A DNA stretch of 64,000 bases. It comes from Gammaproteobacteria bacterium (GTDB lineage: Bacteria > Pseudomonadota > Gammaproteobacteria > Pseudomonadales > Pseudohongiellaceae). The notes under the pieces were generated by a model. The model was not told where the DNA came from and did not search any database. It saw only the letters and a list, made by a program, of their open reading frames with translations. Of the stretch, positions 21,044-30,994 are shown one piece after another; the stretch's first letter is position 1, and every line of letters starts with the position of its first letter. The position numbers were made by a program, and so were the translations under genes. The DNA lies in NCBI GenBank assembly GCA_030645995.1, contig JAUSMU010000056.1:21561-85560 (forward strand). The letters are read 5' to 3'.

Positions 21044-22186
21044 TCAGGCCAGCAGACGCAGCAGGATCTTCTCGTAGATTTGCGACAACTCGTCCAGATC
21101 GCTCACTTTCACCTGTTCGTTGACCTTGTGGATGGTGGCATTGCATGGTCCCAGCTCGATGAGCTGGGCTCCAGTGGGTGCAATGAAGCGTCCATCTGAG
21201 GTGCCTCCAGAGGTTGAAGTCACCGTGGTGACTCCGTTGGTCTCGCGAATGCTTTCCGCCGCAACGTCGATCAGTCGACCTCTTTCTGTCAGAAAAGGGT
21301 TGCCCGACAGTTGCCATTGCAGGGTATAACGCAGGTTGTGCGCATTCAGTATTGCTTCGGTGCGCGCCTGAATGACTTCTTGCGTCAGGGCGGTTGAAAA
21401 GCGGAAGTTGAACGTCACGTCGAGATCACCCGGAATGACGTTCTCCGTCCCTGTGCCTGCGTGGATGTTGGATATCTGGAAGCTGGTCGGAGGGAAGCAA
21501 GCGTTACCTGTATCCCACACTTCGCGACACAGTGCGTCCAGCGGCAACATGGCCCGGTGGATCGGGTTCTCAGCCAGATGCGGGTAAGCGACATGTCCCT
21601 GAGTGCCATGCACGCGCAGCTTCCCGTGCAATGAACCCCTCCTGCCTGTTTTTATGGTGTCGCCGATTCTCTTGTCACTGGAGGGTTCACCGACGATGCA
21701 GAAATCGATCTTCTCGTTACGCTGCTCCAATACCTCGATCACCTTGCGGGTGCCATTGATCGCGCTGCCTTCCTCATCACTGGTCAGCAGGAATGCGATG
21801 GAGCCATGCAGTGGTTTGCCGCTGGCAAGAAAGCGTTCGCAGGCCGTCACCATGGCGGCGATGCTGCCTTTCATGTCAGCCGTGCCACGTCCGTACAGGA
21901 ATCCATCACGGATGGCGGGTTCAAATGGCGGGGAGGACCAAAGCTCCTGTTGACCAGCCGGTACGACATCCGTATGGCCTGCAAACGCAAATACCGGGGC
22001 TTGAGTGCCCAGTCGTGCCCACAGGTTGGTGACTTCACCGAAGGGCATAATCTCAATGGCAAAGCCCAGAACCTTCAGTCTGTCGACCATCAGTTGTGTA
22101 CAACCGGCATCTTCAGGTGTCACGGAGGGTTTTTCGACAAGTGCCATGCACAGCTTCAATGTGGGTGACAACGCATGAGTGGTCAT
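21044..22186 (-). CDS. dapE: succinyl-diaminopimelate desuccinylase
   Basis: 380-aa ORF. It has M20 peptidase motifs (GHTDVVP, GRGTADMKGS, SDEEG). dapD lies adjacent. Confidence 0.94.
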   Translation of the reverse strand: MTTHALSPTLKLCMALVEKPSVTPEDAGCTQLMVDRLKVLGFAIEIMPFGEVTNLWARLGTQAPVFAFAGHTDVVPAGQQELWSSPPFEPAIRDGFLYGRGTADMKGSIAAMVTACERFLASGKPLHGSIAFLLTSDEEGSAINGTRKVIEVLEQRNEKIDFCIVGEPSSDKRIGDTIKTGRRGSLHGKLRVHGTQGHVAYPHLAENPIHRAMLPLDALCREVWDTGNACFPPTSFQISNIHAGTGTENVIPGDLDVTFNFRFSTALTQEVIQARTEAILNAHNLRYTLQWQLSGNPFLTERGRLIDVAAESIRETNGVTTVTSTSGGTSDGRFIAPTGAQLIELGPCNATIHKVNEQVKVSDLDELSQIYEKILLRLLA

Positions 22187-22232
22187 AGATTAGTCTTGCT
22201 CTAAGGCAGCCTGCACGGGTAGGCCTGCCGAA

Positions 22233-23300
22233 TCAATTGTGAGTGTGTAGTTCTGCGTTCAGCGCAATTGCAGTCTTGTTGGCTTTGCATTCCACGGCGC
22301 CGGTGATCGAATTGCGACGAAACAGCAAGTCCGTTTTGCCTGCGAGTTCGCGTGCCTTGACAGTGCCGACGACCTGATTGTCTTTGTCCAGCAATAGCAC
22401 CTTGGTTCCGGCTGTCACATAAAGGCCTGCCTCGATGATACAGCGATCTCCCAATGGAAAACCGAGTCCGGAGTTTGCGCCGATGAGACAATCGCGTCCG
22501 ACGGAAATGATTTCCGTGCCTCCACCGGAAAGCGTTCCCATGGTGCTGCAGCCTCCACCGAGGTCGCTGCCTGCGCCAATCATCACCCCGGCAGAGATTC
22601 TGCCTTCAATCATGGCCGGCCCTTCGGTACCGGCGTTGAAATTGATGAATCCTTCATGCATGACAGTAGTGCCTTCGCCGACGTAGGCGCCCAGTCGCAC
22701 GCGCGCAGTGTGGGCGATGCGCACGCCCTTGGGCACGACGTAATTGGTCATTTTCGGAAATTTATCGACTGACATGACTTCGAGCAACTCACCTTTGAGC
22801 CGGGCATGCAGTTGGCGTGCTGGCAGATCGTCAAGATCAATTGCCCCTTGGTTGGTCCACGCCAGGTTGCGCAGAACGCCGAATGCTCCGGTGAGATTCA
22901 GTGTATGAGGCTTGCAGAGGCGATGAGAAAGCAGATGGAGCTTCAAATAGACCTCAGGAATCGAGGCAGGCGGCAGATCTTCTTCGATAAAGGTAACCAG
23001 AACTGGTTGTGTGCTGTTGCTCAGTGAGCGTAATAGATCTTGCAGGCTGCTGTCGTTCGCAATCTCTGGTAATTGCGCCAGACGCGTCAACTGCAGGGCA
23101 GACAGCTCATAAAAGTTGTTGCCTTGAGAGTAGCCCGCCATGTTCGCAAGCGTTTGAGTCAGCGCGAGGGAGGGGCTTCGCAACACCAGCGGATAAAATA
23201 CTTCAATCAGTTCGTTGCGGGAATTGCGTGTGCCAATGCCTATGCCCAGGCTGTGCAATGAACCGTGCAATGAATTGTGCAGTGGAATTGTCATGCTCAT
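22233..23300 (-). CDS. dapD: 2,3,4,5-tetrahydropyridine-2,6-dicarboxylate N-succinyltransferase (long Pseudomonas-type DapD)
   Basis: 355-aa ORF. It has C-terminal left-handed beta-helix hexapeptide repeats (GAYVGEGTTVMHEGFINFNAGTEGPAMIEGRISAGVMIGAGSDLGGG). The dapD-dapE pairing is conserved. Confidence 0.9.
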   Translation of the reverse strand: MSMTIPLHNSLHGSLHSLGIGIGTRNSRNELIEVFYPLVLRSPSLALTQTLANMAGYSQGNNFYELSALQLTRLAQLPEIANDSSLQDLLRSLSNSTQPVLVTFIEEDLPPASIPEVYLKLHLLSHRLCKPHTLNLTGAFGVLRNLAWTNQGAIDLDDLPARQLHARLKGELLEVMSVDKFPKMTNYVVPKGVRIAHTARVRLGAYVGEGTTVMHEGFINFNAGTEGPAMIEGRISAGVMIGAGSDLGGGCSTMGTLSGGGTEIISVGRDCLIGANSGLGFPLGDRCIIEAGLYVTAGTKVLLLDKDNQVVGTVKARELAGKTDLLFRRNSITGAVECKANKTAIALNAELHTHN

Positions 23301-23346
23301 GTGCTGGCAACCTCTCTATCGTTGTGCCGTTCTGTTTAAAAGAATG

Positions 23347-23697
23347 TTATTGGTTTTCGACCAATTGCTGCAATTGCGTTTCATCGTAACCTGTGACGAA
23401 CACGCGGTGGCTGCGCAGCAAGGGCCGACGAATCAGCGTCGGTTGCGCCTTCAGTAAAGGCAAGGCCGTGTCGATGCTTAAGCTATTTTGAATTTCGGGG
23501 GGCAGCTGACGCCAGGTGGTGCCGCGTTTATTGATCAAATCCTCAAGCGGGATGGCGGCCAGGAACTCCTTCACGAGAGATTCTTCCAGTCCCTGCTTAC
23601 GGTAGTCATGGAATTCATAGCGGACGCCGTGACTCTCCAGCCACTGTCGCGTCTTCTTTATGGAGTCGCAATTGGCGATACCGTAGAGCGTAATCAT
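23347..23697 (-). CDS. yffB: ArsC-family reductase (YffB-like)
   Basis: I trimmed the start to ATG (complement 23695-23697), giving 116 aa. MITLYGIANCDSIKKTRQWLESHGVRYEFHDYRKQGL...TTWRQL...LIRRPLL parallels E. coli YffB. The 221-aa track version would overlap the glnD 3' end. Confidence 0.82.
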   Translation of the reverse strand: MITLYGIANCDSIKKTRQWLESHGVRYEFHDYRKQGLEESLVKEFLAAIPLEDLINKRGTTWRQLPPEIQNSLSIDTALPLLKAQPTLIRRPLLRSHRVFVTGYDETQLQQLVENQ

Positions 23698-23749
23698 ATT
23701 GTCCCTGCAATATTCGTCGGAGTTTTCCTTGTCATTCAACTGTTGTGAA

Positions 23750-26434
23750 TCAGTTGCCAAGTCCTTGCTTGATATCGCTCTGCAGGAGTTCGATTTCCGC
23801 CTGGTCAGTGATCTTCTGATTGTTCTCGTCGACGATGAAGAACAAGTCTTCCACCCGTTCGCCCAGTGTCGCAATACGGGCATTTTGCAGCTGTATTCTG
23901 TGATCAGCAAAAATTTTACCGATGGAGGCAAGGATGCCTGGTTGGTCAGGGCAATTGATCTCCAGTGTGGTATGCGGTTTGTCATCGCTGTTGATGACAT
24001 CCGTTTCCACATGCTGGCTGAAGTGTTTAAGCTTGCGGGCGATGCGTTTGCTGGTGACCTTGAGGTGTTTGTCCGGCTCTGCCAGGAATACCCTCAGCAA
24101 ATCGATGATTTTCTGGCGCCTCTGCGGATCGGCGCTCACCGGGGTGCCATCACTCTCCAGCACCGTATAGGTGTTCATGCAGTAGTTTTTTGCCGACGTG
24201 AAAATGCGTGCGTCCTGAATGTTCAAACCCAGTTGCTCCATGGCGGCGGCGCTGCTGGCAAAGAGGTGATTCCTGTTGATCGTGTAGATGAAAATCTGCG
24301 TTGCACCTTCGGATACAGTGTCACTCCCATCCTCAATCAGCACGAGCGTGTCCCGCCCCTGATTTCTAGCTATCGCCTCAGTATGCCAGACGATGTTGGC
24401 TGTCGATTCCCTGACGAAGTATTCGTCGTCGATGTTGGCCCAGATCGCCTCGATCTGCTCATGTGAAACGCCACGGTCCAGCAATTTGAGGTGAGCACTT
24501 TCCTGTTTGTCCTTGATGCGGTCCGCGCGGTCGATCGGATTTTCGAGGCCGCGTCGAAGTGCCCGCTTGGTGCTCAGATAAAGTTGCCTTAACAAGGACG
24601 CGCGCCAGGTATTCCAGAGCGTGGGATTGGTTGCGTTGATATCAGCCACAGTCATCGCGTAGAGATAATCCAGGTGCAGTTTGTCGCCCATCTGCAGGGC
24701 GAATTGCTGAATGACCTCCGGGTCGGCGATATCCATGCGTTGCGCGGTCATGGACATCAGCAGATGTTTTCCGACCAGCCAGGTGACCAGCTTGGTGTCC
24801 CACGCACTCAGGTGATGACGTTGACAGAATTCGGTGGCATCAGCCATGCCCAGCGTGGAGTGATCGCCGCCGCGCCCCTTGGCGATATCGTGATACAGGC
24901 CGGCGATATACAACAGTTCTACTTTCGGCAGTCGCTGCGCGATGTGCGCGGCGATGGGGAAATGTTCTTCGGCGCCGGGATAACGGAAACGGCGCATATT
25001 CTCCACAACCTGGAGAGTATGGGCATCCACCGTATAGATATGAAACAGGTCGTGCTGCATTTTACCGGTGATTGCGCCGAATTCCGGCAGATAACGACCC
25101 AGGATGCCATAGCGGGACATGCGGCGTAATTGTGATGTCACCTGATGAGGGGAGCGCAACAATTCCATGAACAGTGTGGTATTGCGCAAATCCTTGCGAA
25201 AGCTGTCGTTGACCATCGTTTGATGTTCGTAGATCAAACGAATTGTTGCGGCGCGAATTCCGGAGATGGCGGGGTTCTGTGCCATCAGGACGAAGATTTC
25301 CATCAATGCAAATGGAAAGCGTTTGAACACTCCCGGATAAGTGACCTCAATGTAATTGTTGCGGATTTGAAAGCGCTTATTGATGACGGTGATTTCTTCG
25401 CGTTCTCCCGCGCGCAGGATGACTTCGTCAAAGTGTTGCAGCAACACATCGTTGAGCCCTCGCAAAGTCGCTACTACGCGATAGTACTCCTGCATCAATT
25501 TCTCAACCGCCAGGCTCTTCTCGTCGTCCGCATAACCGAACATTTTTGCCAGATCCTTCTGACGATCGAACAGCAGGCGGTCTTCCTTGCGCCCTGCCAG
25601 CAGATGTAAGCCGTAGCGAATTTTCCACAGCAGCTGTTCACCACTGGCCAACTGCTCATATTCGGAGGGGGTCAGAAAGCCGAGGGTTACCAGATCGGCC
25701 AGATTCTGGCCGCGATAGTGTCGTTTGGCGATCCAGGCGATCGTCTGGATGTCACGTAGTCCTCCCGGTGAGGTTTTGACGTTTGGCTCCAACGCGTAGT
25801 CAATGTCGTGGTACTTTTCGTGGCGGGCAATCTGCTCGTCACGCTTCGCTTTGAAGAACTCCTTGGCTGGCCAGACATCCGGATTCTGCGTCTGCGAGAT
25901 CATCTCCTGGCGCAGAGCCTCCGGGCCAACGATGGTGCGTGACTCCATCAGGCTGGTGGCGACGGTGATGTCCTTGAGAGCCTCCTGTCGGCATTGTTTG
26001 ATCGAGCGGACACTTTGTCCGATCTCCAGATTGATGTCCCAGAGGAAGGTGAAGAAGGCGCTGATGTTGTTCTTGTGTTTCGCGTGGTCGTCACTGCGGG
26101 TGAGCAGCAGGAGATCAATGTCGGAATGTGGGTGCAACTCGCCGCGACCATAGCCGCCGACTGCAAGCAGCGCAATATTGCTGGAGTCTTCCCAGCGATA
26201 GCGGTCCCAGGCACAGCGCAGCAGCTGGTCGACGAACCACGAGCGCCCCGTGACCAATGCGACGACATTGTCGTTGTGAAGATAACGGGCATTGAGCACT
26301 TCCCGCGCATGTTGAATGGCTTCGCGAAAGAGGGGGACGGCGTTGTCCGTTGCCTGCACTCTGGCACGAAACGCTACGATGTTCAGTAGCTCATCATCGT
26401 GGAATCCATCCGTGGCGGATTGTGAATCTGTCAT
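23750..26434 (-). CDS. glnD: [protein-PII] uridylyltransferase / uridylyl-removing enzyme
   Basis: 894-aa ORF. It has a nucleotidyltransferase motif (GGYGRGELHPHSDIDLLLL), an HD domain (LYHDIAKGRGGDH) and two C-terminal ACT domains. The map-glnD-dapD neighbourhood matches E. coli. Confidence 0.96.
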   Translation of the reverse strand: MTDSQSATDGFHDDELLNIVAFRARVQATDNAVPLFREAIQHAREVLNARYLHNDNVVALVTGRSWFVDQLLRCAWDRYRWEDSSNIALLAVGGYGRGELHPHSDIDLLLLTRSDDHAKHKNNISAFFTFLWDINLEIGQSVRSIKQCRQEALKDITVATSLMESRTIVGPEALRQEMISQTQNPDVWPAKEFFKAKRDEQIARHEKYHDIDYALEPNVKTSPGGLRDIQTIAWIAKRHYRGQNLADLVTLGFLTPSEYEQLASGEQLLWKIRYGLHLLAGRKEDRLLFDRQKDLAKMFGYADDEKSLAVEKLMQEYYRVVATLRGLNDVLLQHFDEVILRAGEREEITVINKRFQIRNNYIEVTYPGVFKRFPFALMEIFVLMAQNPAISGIRAATIRLIYEHQTMVNDSFRKDLRNTTLFMELLRSPHQVTSQLRRMSRYGILGRYLPEFGAITGKMQHDLFHIYTVDAHTLQVVENMRRFRYPGAEEHFPIAAHIAQRLPKVELLYIAGLYHDIAKGRGGDHSTLGMADATEFCQRHHLSAWDTKLVTWLVGKHLLMSMTAQRMDIADPEVIQQFALQMGDKLHLDYLYAMTVADINATNPTLWNTWRASLLRQLYLSTKRALRRGLENPIDRADRIKDKQESAHLKLLDRGVSHEQIEAIWANIDDEYFVRESTANIVWHTEAIARNQGRDTLVLIEDGSDTVSEGATQIFIYTINRNHLFASSAAAMEQLGLNIQDARIFTSAKNYCMNTYTVLESDGTPVSADPQRRQKIIDLLRVFLAEPDKHLKVTSKRIARKLKHFSQHVETDVINSDDKPHTTLEINCPDQPGILASIGKIFADHRIQLQNARIATLGERVEDLFFIVDENNQKITDQAEIELLQSDIKQGLGN

Positions 26435-26483
26435 AGTGTCGTTGCCGGTGATTGGGAAGCAGATAGGAACATCCCGAAGGACT

Positions 26484-27257
26484 TCAAAAAGATTCTTCCG
26501 TGCGTCTGGTCAGAACTTCGCAGCCGGTGGCGGTCACCGCCAGTGTGTGTTCCCATTGAGCCGACAGGCGTCGGTCTTTGGTAGTGACTGTCCAGCCATC
26601 AACCTTCGACAACTTTGTGTGATAAGTGCCGGCATTGAGCATGGGCTCGATAGTAAAAGTCATGCCTTCCTGCAAGGCGATGCCGGTGTCCGGTTTTCCG
26701 TAGTGAAGAACCTGGGGATCTTCGTGAAACACGCGGCCGATACCATGTCCGCAGTAGTCACGGACTACGGAGTAGTTGTTGGCTTCGGCAAGCGTCTGGA
26801 TGACGTGGCCGATATCGCCCAGCTTTGTGCCCGGTTTGACGATGGCGATGGCCTTGTACAGGCACTGACGCGTCACTTCCACTAGCCGGGCTGCGTGCGC
26901 GGGAACCTCGTCAATCAGAAACATCTTGCTGGTATCGCCATGGTAACCGTCCTTGATGACAGTAATGTCGATATTGATGATGTCGCCTTTCTTGAGAATC
27001 TTGTCATCACTCGGAATGCCGTGACAGATGACATGATTGATCGATGTGCAAATCGACTTGGGGAACCCGTTGTAATTCAGTGGCGCGGGAATAGCCTGCT
27101 GCACATTGACGATGTAATCGTGGCAGATACGGTCCAGTTCGCCTGTGCTGACCCCCGCCGTGACATAAGGTCCGATCATTTCGAGGACTTCTGCTGCCAG
27201 TCGTCCGGCGATACGCATTTTTGCAATTTCTTCAGGCGTCTTGATGTTGATAGCCAT
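26484..27257 (-). CDS. map: type I methionine aminopeptidase
   Basis: I trimmed the start to ATG (complement 27255-27257), giving MAINIKTPEEIAKMRIAG. The pita-bread fold has conserved metal ligand contexts (DIINIDITV, DTS, GHGIG, FTIEP, EHT). It is divergent from rpsB. Confidence 0.95.
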   Translation of the reverse strand: MAINIKTPEEIAKMRIAGRLAAEVLEMIGPYVTAGVSTGELDRICHDYIVNVQQAIPAPLNYNGFPKSICTSINHVICHGIPSDDKILKKGDIINIDITVIKDGYHGDTSKMFLIDEVPAHAARLVEVTRQCLYKAIAIVKPGTKLGDIGHVIQTLAEANNYSVVRDYCGHGIGRVFHEDPQVLHYGKPDTGIALQEGMTFTIEPMLNAGTYHTKLSKVDGWTVTTKDRRLSAQWEHTLAVTATGCEVLTRRTEESF

Positions 27258-27486
27258 GCTCGAAAGATTTTCTCGCTTCTTTTCTGTAGATGAGTTTTTG
27301 TAGATGGTTTTCTGTACGTAGGGCGCGTGGCCATGTAGGCTCAGGCCGCAGCCATTGTAAAGCAGGATGTCGGCGAATGACAGGCGGCAGCCTGGCACGA
27401 CCCTGCAATTGCCACGGGTCTGGCTTGTCTCCTGACAGGTTCGAGGTTGGCGAAACCAGCTTCTGAGCTTTATGTCCTTGGTGTGT

Positions 27487-27497
27487 TGTGGTATAAA
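27487..27497 (+). promoter_or_regulatory. rpsB extended -10 promoter (TGTGGTATAAA)
   Basis: An exact TGTGGTATAAA lies about 165 nt upstream of the rpsB ATG. As I recall, this same extended -10 element and a leader of about 160 nt are described for E. coli rpsB and conserved in gammaproteobacteria. Confidence 0.6.
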
Positions 27498-27503
27498 GCT
27501 GCG

Positions 27504-27663
27504 CGCTTTACGGGTCGTGGGATCCAGTGAAGTTGCAAAATGTCAGTCAACCAATGTCGCACATACACCGTCACATGTGTTTTGGGTGCCTGGGGTCCGT
27601 AGCCGGATTCAAGGTTAAACCATGGGGTGTGTGGAGGCTTAACCCGAAAATACAGGAAATATC
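27504..27663 (+). promoter_or_regulatory. rpsB 5' leader (candidate S2 autoregulatory structure)
   Basis: This is a long untranslated leader between the putative promoter and the ATG. It contains complementary blocks GGTTAAACC (27614-27622) and GGCTTAACCC (27636-27645) plus CACATGTG (27582-27589). The role is inferred by analogy with E. coli rpsB-tsf regulation. Confidence 0.4.
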
Positions 27664-28443
27664 ATGGCTACTGTTTCAATGAAGGAAATGCTCAAAGCGG
27701 GTGTGCACTTCGGTCACCAGGCTCGTTACTGGAACCCGAAGATGAAGAAGTACATATTCGGCGCCCGCAACAAGATTCACATCATCAACCTGGAACACAC
27801 TGTTCCAGCCTTGAACGCTGCACTGGTGCAAGTTCAGAGTCTGGCTGCCAAGAAGAAGAAAGTGCTCTTCGTCGGCACCAAGAGAGCCGCAGGCAAGATC
27901 ATCAAAGAGCAGGCAGAACGCGCGGGCATGCCCTTCGTGGATCACCGCTGGCTGGGCGGCATGCTCACCAATTACAAAACCATTCGTGGCTCAATCAAGA
28001 AGCTGCGTGACCTCGAAGCTCAGGAAACTGACGGCACTTTCGATCGCATGACCAAGAAAGAAGCATTGGTTCGTCGTCGTGCAAAAGAGAAGCTTGAGCG
28101 CAGCATCGGCGGGATCAAGGACATGGGCGGCCTGCCAGATGCGTTGTTCGTGATCGACGTGGATCATGAGCGCATTGCGATCACTGAAGCCAACAACCTG
28201 GGTATCCCCGTTATCGGTATCGTCGACACCAACAGCAATCCGGATGGCATCGACTACCCGATTCCTGGTAATGACGACGCGATTCGCGCGATCGAGCTTT
28301 ACGCTCGCGCCGTTGCAGATGCCTGCATCGAAGGTCGTGGCGACCTGAATGTTGTTGTCAGTGACAGCGAGTTCATCGAAGTCAATGAGTCTCCAGTCGC
28401 TGATGCGGCAGAGTCTGCAGGAAGTGCAGCTGCTGGCGCATAA
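27664..28443 (+). CDS. rpsB: 30S ribosomal protein S2
   Basis: 259-aa [30 protein letters not shown] is near-universal S2 sequence. Confidence 0.98.
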   Translation: MATVSMKEMLKAGVHFGHQARYWNPKMKKYIFGARNKIHIINLEHTVPALNAALVQVQSLAAKKKKVLFVGTKRAAGKIIKEQAERAGMPFVDHRWLGGMLTNYKTIRGSIKKLRDLEAQETDGTFDRMTKKEALVRRRAKEKLERSIGGIKDMGGLPDALFVIDVDHERIAITEANNLGIPVIGIVDTNSNPDGIDYPIPGNDDAIRAIELYARAVADACIEGRGDLNVVVSDSEFIEVNESPVADAAESAGSAAAGA

Positions 28444-28550
28444 CACTCCACAAGTCTTTGGCTAAGGGGCTGTCGTCTTTGACGGCACTCCCTTGTTGCG
28501 CCGAGGCAATCTTTGCTAGCGAGAGTTCTCAGGACTCGCGCGTGGCAATA

Positions 28551-28576
28551 AAAGAGGGGCTAGGCCCCTTTTTTTT
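28551..28576 (+). terminator. rpsB-tsf intergenic hairpin with T8 run (attenuator/terminator)
   Basis: AAAGAGGGGC-TAG-GCCCCTTTTTTTT: a GC stem (28556-28560 pairs with 28564-28568) is extended by A/T pairs and followed by a T-run to 28576. A second hairpin (28464-28490) lies just after the rpsB stop. Confidence 0.7.
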
Positions 28577-28643
28577 AAAGTCTGAATTTTTAAAGTCCGA
28601 ATTGAATAATTGAATTTACTCCAGAATAGATAGGGGCAGGAAA

Positions 28644-29513
28644 ATGGCGAATATTACAGCGGGAATGGTTAAGGAGCTGCGTGAGCGTACTGGCTTGGGC
28701 ATGATGGATTGCAAGAAGGCGCTGGTTGAGGCCGATGGTGACATGGAAAAAGCGATCGATGATCTGCGCAAGGCAAGTGGGATGAAAGCTGCCAAGAAAG
28801 CAGGCCGTATTGCCGCAGAAGGCATCGTGATGACCAAAGTTGCCGCAGATGGCAAGTATGGCATTATCCTCGAAGTGAACAGCGAAACTGACTTTGTGGC
28901 CCGTGACGGTAACTTCCTGAATTTTGCGAATACCATTCTCGAACAGGCTTTCAAGACCAAACAGACTGACGTTGCCGCCCTGATGGCAGGCGATCTGGAG
29001 AATGCCCGTGAAGCACTGGTGCAGAAGATCGGTGAAAACATCAACGTGCGCCGTATTCAGTTGGTCGAAGCCGCCAGTAATGGCTTGATTGATGCGTATG
29101 TGCACAGCAATAACCGCATCGCGGTCATGGTTGCGCTGAATGATGGCAACGATGTTTTGGCAAAAGACATTGCCATGCATGTCGCGGCAGTGAATCCACT
29201 CGTGGTGCGTGCGGACGACGTGCCCAAAGAGTTGCTGGCCAAAGAAGCCGAGATCTATTCCGCTCAGGCAAGAGAGAGTGGCAAACCAGAAGAAATCATC
29301 GAGAAGATGATTCAGGGTCGCCTGCGCAAGTTTGTCGCAGAAGTCAGCCTGCTGGATCAGCAGTTCGTCAAGGATAGTGAAATCACCGTTGCAACTCTGC
29401 TGAAGAAAGCAGGTGCCGACGTGGTCAGCTTCATCCGCTACGAAGTGGGAGAAGGGATCGAGAAAGAAGAAGTAGATTTTGCACAGGAAGTTGCGGCCGC
29501 TGCAGGTCTGTAA
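28644..29513 (+). CDS. tsf: translation elongation factor Ts
   Basis: 289-aa ORF. The UBA-like N-terminus is [24 protein letters not shown]. Confidence 0.98.
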   Translation: MANITAGMVKELRERTGLGMMDCKKALVEADGDMEKAIDDLRKASGMKAAKKAGRIAAEGIVMTKVAADGKYGIILEVNSETDFVARDGNFLNFANTILEQAFKTKQTDVAALMAGDLENAREALVQKIGENINVRRIQLVEAASNGLIDAYVHSNNRIAVMVALNDGNDVLAKDIAMHVAAVNPLVVRADDVPKELLAKEAEIYSAQARESGKPEEIIEKMIQGRLRKFVAEVSLLDQQFVKDSEITVATLLKKAGADVVSFIRYEVGEGIEKEEVDFAQEVAAAAGL

Positions 29514-29540
29514 CATCAGGTAACTCGGACTTCTCACAGG

Positions 29541-30287
29541 ATGCAATTGCCCATGGCCAAGCTCGATAGAAAATACAAGCGCATTCTCCTGAAACTCAGC
29601 GGTGAAGCTCTGATGGGCGATGCGGAATTCGGCATCGACCCGAAGGTGCTGGATCGTATGGCAGTCGAGGTCGGCCAGCTGGTCGGGCTCGGCGTGCAGA
29701 TCGGCATGGTCATCGGTGGCGGCAATCTGTTCCGAGGCGCCGCCTTGAGCGCCGCCGGGATGGAGCGCGTGACCGGCGACCACATGGGAATGCTGGCCAC
29801 CGTGATGAACGCTCTGGCAATGCGCGATGCTCTGGAACGTGCGAGTATCGCCACGCGAGTCATGTCGGCGATCCCAATGAGCGGTGTTGTTGAGCACTAC
29901 GATCGTCGTACTGCCATTCGGCATCTGCGTGCGGGTGACGTGGTCATTTTTGCAGCAGGGACCGGTAATCCTTTCTTCACTACCGACTCTGCTGCGTGTC
30001 TGCGTGGCATAGAAATTGATGCAGAATTGATCCTCAAAGCCACCAAGGTGGACGGGGTGTATTCTGCTGATCCCAAGCTGGTGCCCGATGCAGTCAAGTA
30101 TGACCGTTTGAGTTTCGACGAGGTGCTGGACAAAAAGCTCGGAGTCATGGACCTTACTGCTATCGCACTGATCCGCGAACATGACATTCCGGTAAGAGTA
30201 TTCAATATGAACAGGCCTGGCGCTCTTCTCAACAACGTCATGGGGCCTGGCGATGGCACCATTATCGAAAATATTACTGCAGAGTAA
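29541..30287 (+). CDS. pyrH: UMP kinase
   Basis: It contains [13 protein letters not shown] and GGGNLFRG. The alternative start ATG 29553 ([10 protein letters not shown]) aligns better with E. coli PyrH. Confidence 0.97.
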   Translation: MQLPMAKLDRKYKRILLKLSGEALMGDAEFGIDPKVLDRMAVEVGQLVGLGVQIGMVIGGGNLFRGAALSAAGMERVTGDHMGMLATVMNALAMRDALERASIATRVMSAIPMSGVVEHYDRRTAIRHLRAGDVVIFAAGTGNPFFTTDSAACLRGIEIDAELILKATKVDGVYSADPKLVPDAVKYDRLSFDEVLDKKLGVMDLTAIALIREHDIPVRVFNMNRPGALLNNVMGPGDGTIIENITAE

Positions 30288-30319
30288 ACAGACCCGCCCA
30301 AACCAATGGGGAAAGCGAG

Positions 30320-30877
30320 ATGATTGAAGACATTATCAAAGACGCGGAACAGCGCATGGAAAAGAGTCTTGTCGCACTCGAGACTGCTTTCAAGAAAATC
30401 AGAACCGGTCGGGCTCATCCAAGCCTGCTCGATACCGTCATGGTGCCATACTACGGAGCCGAAACCCCGCTTAGCCAGCTTGCCAACATCACCGTCGAGG
30501 ATGGTCGCTGTCTGGTGGTTGTTCCGTGGGAGAGACCGTTGATCTCCGAAGTAGAGCGCTCCATCATGAAAGCTGATCTCGGGTTGAACCCCTCCAATAA
30601 CGGTGAATCCATTCGTGTGCCAATGCCGGCACTGACAGAGGAAACCCGTCGCGAATACACCAAACAAGCCAAGTCCGAGGCCGAGAACGCGCGTGTTGCT
30701 GTGCGTAATATTCGGCGCGATGCCAATGGTGATTTCAAGGATCTGCTGAAGGAGAAGGCCATCAGTGAAGATGAGCAGCGCCGGGCAGAGGAAAAAATCC
30801 AGAAATTGACTGACAAATATATTGCCGCCGTTGATTCCAGTTATGGAGTCAAAGAAGCAGACTTGCTGTCTATGTAG
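30320..30877 (+). CDS. frr: ribosome recycling factor
   Basis: 185-aa ORF. It contains FKKIRTGRAHPSLLD and VAVRNIRRDAN. Confidence 0.97.
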   Translation: MIEDIIKDAEQRMEKSLVALETAFKKIRTGRAHPSLLDTVMVPYYGAETPLSQLANITVEDGRCLVVVPWERPLISEVERSIMKADLGLNPSNNGESIRVPMPALTEETRREYTKQAKSEAENARVAVRNIRRDANGDFKDLLKEKAISEDEQRRAEEKIQKLTDKYIAAVDSSYGVKEADLLSM

Positions 30878-30994
30878 GTCTGCGCTCACGAGGGGTGCGC
30901 AATGCAAACCCCGCGCTGTGACGCTGAGCTGGCATTCTCGTCGTTCGCATGTGATGGTTCACTATAAAAATATACGAAGAGACATAGACGTCTA

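Noticed and set aside
23698-24012. N-terminal extension of the ArsC-family ORF (track 23347..24012), and analogous long N-termini at 3024, 10382, 11420, 15119, 26484..27398, 40121, 40932, 42742, 46546, 50714, 53406 and 60561
   Set aside because: The extensions overlap the preceding gene or lack conservation. In each case an internal ATG/GTG/TTG reproduces the N-terminus of the well-known orthologue (recalled from memory). Starts were therefore trimmed.
28590-30182. A 530-aa minus-strand ORF covering tsf, the tsf-pyrH spacer and most of pyrH
   Set aside because: It is entirely antisense to two universally conserved, motif-verified genes and even bridges their intergenic spacer. Its product is His/Cys/Gln-rich with no recognisable motif. 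This is a typical shadow ORF produced by the codon bias of the sense genes.
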